DNA of 44,613 nucleotides. Source: a virus. Shown here one piece after another: positions 42,693-44,613 of the stretch. Under the pieces are notes generated by a model. That model saw nothing but the letters and a program-made list of their open reading frames with translations, made no database searches and had not been told where the DNA came from. A program made the translations under genes and the position numbers. How positions within the stretch are numbered: position 1 is the stretch's first letter; every line of letters starts with the position of its first letter. The DNA lies in the IMG/VR virus record IMGVR_UViG_3300045988_087627, positions 1 to 44,613 of that record; one strand, 5' to 3'.

Positions 42693-42790
42693 AAGAAAGA
42701 AAGTACCAAAGAAAGAAAAGAAGTATATATATATTCTCCCTACGGTCGAATATATATTAATTTAATTTCTAACAATGCAAGAAGAAAGAA
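42693..42790. other. A+T-rich tract with 10-bp inverted repeat (candidate DNA-unwinding element)
   Basis: atatatattc at 42727-36 and gaatatatat at 42748-57. A purine-rich aagaaagaaag tract flanks them. Confidence 0.5.
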
Positions 42791-42844
42791 CTAACCCTCA
42801 CTACCGTTCGGGTTAGTAAGAAAACCACGACAGGAGGAAAAACC

Positions 42845-43006
42845 ATGACTATCAACCCCGTACTTTTCGGCGTACTCGCCTGCATCTTCGCGCAGCTTGT
42901 GCTGCTGTTCGGGTGGGGCTTTTACCACCGCGTTCTCAAGGACGAGCTGAACAAGCGCAAGACGCTTTTGCTGAAAGCCGCTCAGATGCGCTGTGAGCGT
43001 CGTTAA
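42845..43006 (+). CDS. small single-TM protein (53 aa)
   Basis: RBS acaggaggaaaaacc. MTINPVLFGVLACIFAQLVLLFGWGFYHRVLKDELNKRK... Confidence 0.55.
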   Translation: MTINPVLFGVLACIFAQLVLLFGWGFYHRVLKDELNKRKTLLLKAAQMRCERR

Positions 43007-43087
43007 GCACTCAGGCATGAATTGCATGCCGAGTGGTGCGAAAACGCGACACGCGCCGTCTGAGGGCGCAGAAAGGGGTGATACGCA

Positions 43088-43243
43088 ATGACCGACGGAA
43101 TAAAACGGCGGAACGTCATCCGCGAGATGCAGAAACGCACGATCGGTGAGGCGCTTTACTCGAAAAAGATCGGCAGGAAGCCGAACGCAAGCGCTAAGAA
43201 AATCGGCGTACTGCCTGCACGGCAAGGGCAAAGCAGGGCATAG
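43088..43243 (+). CDS. small basic hypothetical ORF (51 aa)
   Basis: RBS gaaaggggtgatacgca. It runs into the repeat array and ends at TAG. Confidence 0.35.
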   Translation: MTDGIKRRNVIREMQKRTIGEALYSKKIGRKPNASAKKIGVLPARQGQSRA

Positions 43244-43560
43244 CTTGGATGTGCAGAGCAAAGGCAGAGCATAGCGTAGCAGAGCATAGCCACGGCAAAG
43301 CGCAGCAATGCAAAGCGCAGCAATGCAAAGCGCAGCAGAGCAAGGGCGTAGCGTTGCAAGGCAATGCAGGGCATAGACACGCAACGGCAGAGCAAGGCAG
43401 TGAACAGCCGAGCGATGGCATAGCACAGATGCGCACAGCAACGGCAAAGCATGGCGAAGTAGAGCGAGGGCATAGCAACGCAGTGCACTGCAGCGGCAAA
43501 GCATAGCATTACACAGCGCAGCGAGGGCATAGCATGGCAAAGCTATGCGAGGGCAAAGTT
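43215..43560 (+). repeat. T-poor degenerate repeat array (5-nt GCAnA periodicity; 15-nt unit GCAAAGCGCAGCAAT perfect x2 at 43295-43324)
   Basis: Read directly from the sequence. For example, only 4 T occur in 43261-43320. All six frames are open because of the composition. Confidence 0.8.
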
Positions 43561-43589
43561 TGAGGAACGAAACAGGAGGACAAAAAATC

Positions 43590-44219
43590 ATGAAAAAGCT
43601 GAAAATTCACGTGACATTCACCGAGGGCATTCTCGGCACGGCAACCGCAGACCCGGAAATCTACAGCCGGTTCATCGGCTCGAAGAGCCCGGACGCGGCA
43701 ACACTGCCGGAGGAAGTCGCGGCACTCGGTGAGGACGCAATCATCGAGCGCGGCACGACTGTGTTCCCCAAGGACGAGGACGGCACGCCCTTTCTCTGGG
43801 ACTACCAGATCAAGGGGTTTTTCAAGGACGCCTGCGGCATGCTGTCGCGTCTCAGCGGCAAGGACCCGGAGACCGGCAAAAAGCGCAAGGCGGTAAACGA
43901 GTCGGGCAAGCTGACGGCGTACAAGAAGATCATTGACGGCCTGATCTTCGTCGAGCCGCGCCGCATTCGGCTCGATACCACGGGCGAAATCACGATCTGT
44001 CAGCGTTCGCTGCGTGCGCAGACCGCGCAGGGCGAACGGACGGCACTCAGCAGCAGCGAGGAATGCCCGGCGGGCACGACGTGCGAAATGACGATCCTCT
44101 GCTTGGACGATGCACACGAAAAAGCGGTGCGCGAGTGGCTGGATTACGGCGCGCTGCGCGGTATCGGACAGTGGAGGAACAGCTCGAAGGGGCGGTTCGA
44201 GTGGGAGGAAGTCAAGTGA
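43590..44219 (+). CDS. conserved hypothetical phage protein (209 aa)
   Basis: ATG 43590 follows acaggaggacaaaaaatc. ATGA-coupled to the next gene. Confidence 0.7.
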   Translation: MKKLKIHVTFTEGILGTATADPEIYSRFIGSKSPDAATLPEEVAALGEDAIIERGTTVFPKDEDGTPFLWDYQIKGFFKDACGMLSRLSGKDPETGKKRKAVNESGKLTAYKKIIDGLIFVEPRRIRLDTTGEITICQRSLRAQTAQGERTALSSSEECPAGTTCEMTILCLDDAHEKAVREWLDYGALRGIGQWRNSSKGRFEWEEVK

Positions 44220-44613
44220 TGAAATGCTTTAAGGGATTCGACAAGGACTTGCGCTGCAAGGACTTTCAGTACGAAATCGGCAAGGAGTACGAAACCGAGC
44301 GGGCGGAAATCTGCGAGGAGGGCTTTCACGCCTGTGAGTTTCCGCTCGATGTGCTGCGGTATTACAATCCGGCAGATAGCCGGTTCTGCGAGGTCGAGCT
44401 TGACGCAAACGAGCAGACGCACGACGACAGCAAGCGCGTCGGAAAGAAAATCAAAATCGGCGCGGAGATCGGGCTTTCCGGACTGGTTAAGGCTGGCGTG
44501 AAGTTTATCCTCGAAAAAGCTGATTTCGAGCATGCGAAAGCGACAAATACCGGCAACCGTAGCGCAGCGACGAATACCGGCAACCGTAGCGCAGCGACGA
44601 ATACCGGCGACTG
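44219..44613 (+). CDS. N-terminal part of the wrap-around DUF7666-like gene (continues at 44..257)
   Basis: MKCFKGFDKDLRCKDFQYEIGKEYETERAEICEEGFHACEFPLDVLRYYNP... It is open to the window end. Confidence 0.8.
   Translation, partial: MKCFKGFDKDLRCKDFQYEIGKEYETERAEICEEGFHACEFPLDVLRYYNPADSRFCEVELDANEQTHDDSKRVGKKIKIGAEIGLSGLVKAGVKFILEKADFEHAKATNTGNRSAATNTGNRSAATNTGD
44543..44613 (+). repeat. 27-nt tandem repeat (T-N-T-G-N-R-S-A-A units); 44571-44613 is identical to 1-43
   Basis: Units at 44543-69, 44570-96 and 44597 onward. Confidence 0.9.

Noticed and set aside
43215-43560. CRISPR array
   Set aside because: The repeat period is 5/15 nt and degenerate. There is no alternation of conserved 25-40-nt repeats with unique spacers, and there are no cas genes.
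42791-43591. 266-aa, 124-aa and 101-aa - strand ORFs and the 85-aa + strand ORF across the repeat array
   Set aside because: These are compositional artefacts. The + strand is T-poor, so neither strand can form stop codons. The products are Cys/Leu/Ala pentapeptide repeats with no RBS.

Overview
The window is one complete, circularly permuted temperate-phage genome of about 44.57 kb unique sequence. Bases 1-43 are identical to 44571-44613, and one gene (44219..44613 plus 44..257) reads in frame through that junction. High G+C, GGAGG-type RBSs and ATGA-coupled genes suggest a Firmicutes (Clostridia-like) host.

Layout, in order:
- Early recombination/replication module on + (348-7935): tandem paralogs, Gp157-family, Rad52-like SSAP, NinB-like, HNH, SSB, replisome organiser, RusA, a PAPS-reductase-like gene split by one in-frame TAG, ASCH, and a gene needing a -1 frameshift.
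- LemA plus a two-TM partner (7937-9206).
- RinA/ArpU-like late activator (9598-10011).
- An ~800-nt ORF-free, hairpin-dense tract ending in a terminator (10012-10815), a candidate giant structured RNA.
- A three-gene opposite-strand cassette led by a J-domain protein (10840-12030), controlled from a palindromic-operator region next to an RHH gene.
- Packaging and head genes: terS, terL, portal, scaffold, capsid.
- A short tail module with no tail tube or tape measure (podovirus-like) and a collagen-like fibre.
- Holin and amidase.
- A second 12-kb + strand module (25395-37329). It has its own sigma-region-4-like regulator, low-complexity and Cys-rich proteins, a low-GC HNH homing endonuclease inserted on the - strand, and a 2185-aa protein ending in an M23 peptidase.
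- attP: the 3' 50 nt of tRNA-Lys(UUU), flanked by GGTGACACAG arm repeats.
- Tyrosine integrase, a membrane protein, a candidate sRNA and an antirepressor.
- A CI/Cro switch with three ACCCG-N3-CGGGT operators.
- A 1.4-kb low-coding region (42200-43590) with 11-bp-phased GGCA iterons around a small wHTH gene, an AT-rich inverted repeat, and a 350-bp T-poor degenerate 5/15-nt repeat array.

All functional names come from motif recognition by eye. No database searches or folding programs were run.
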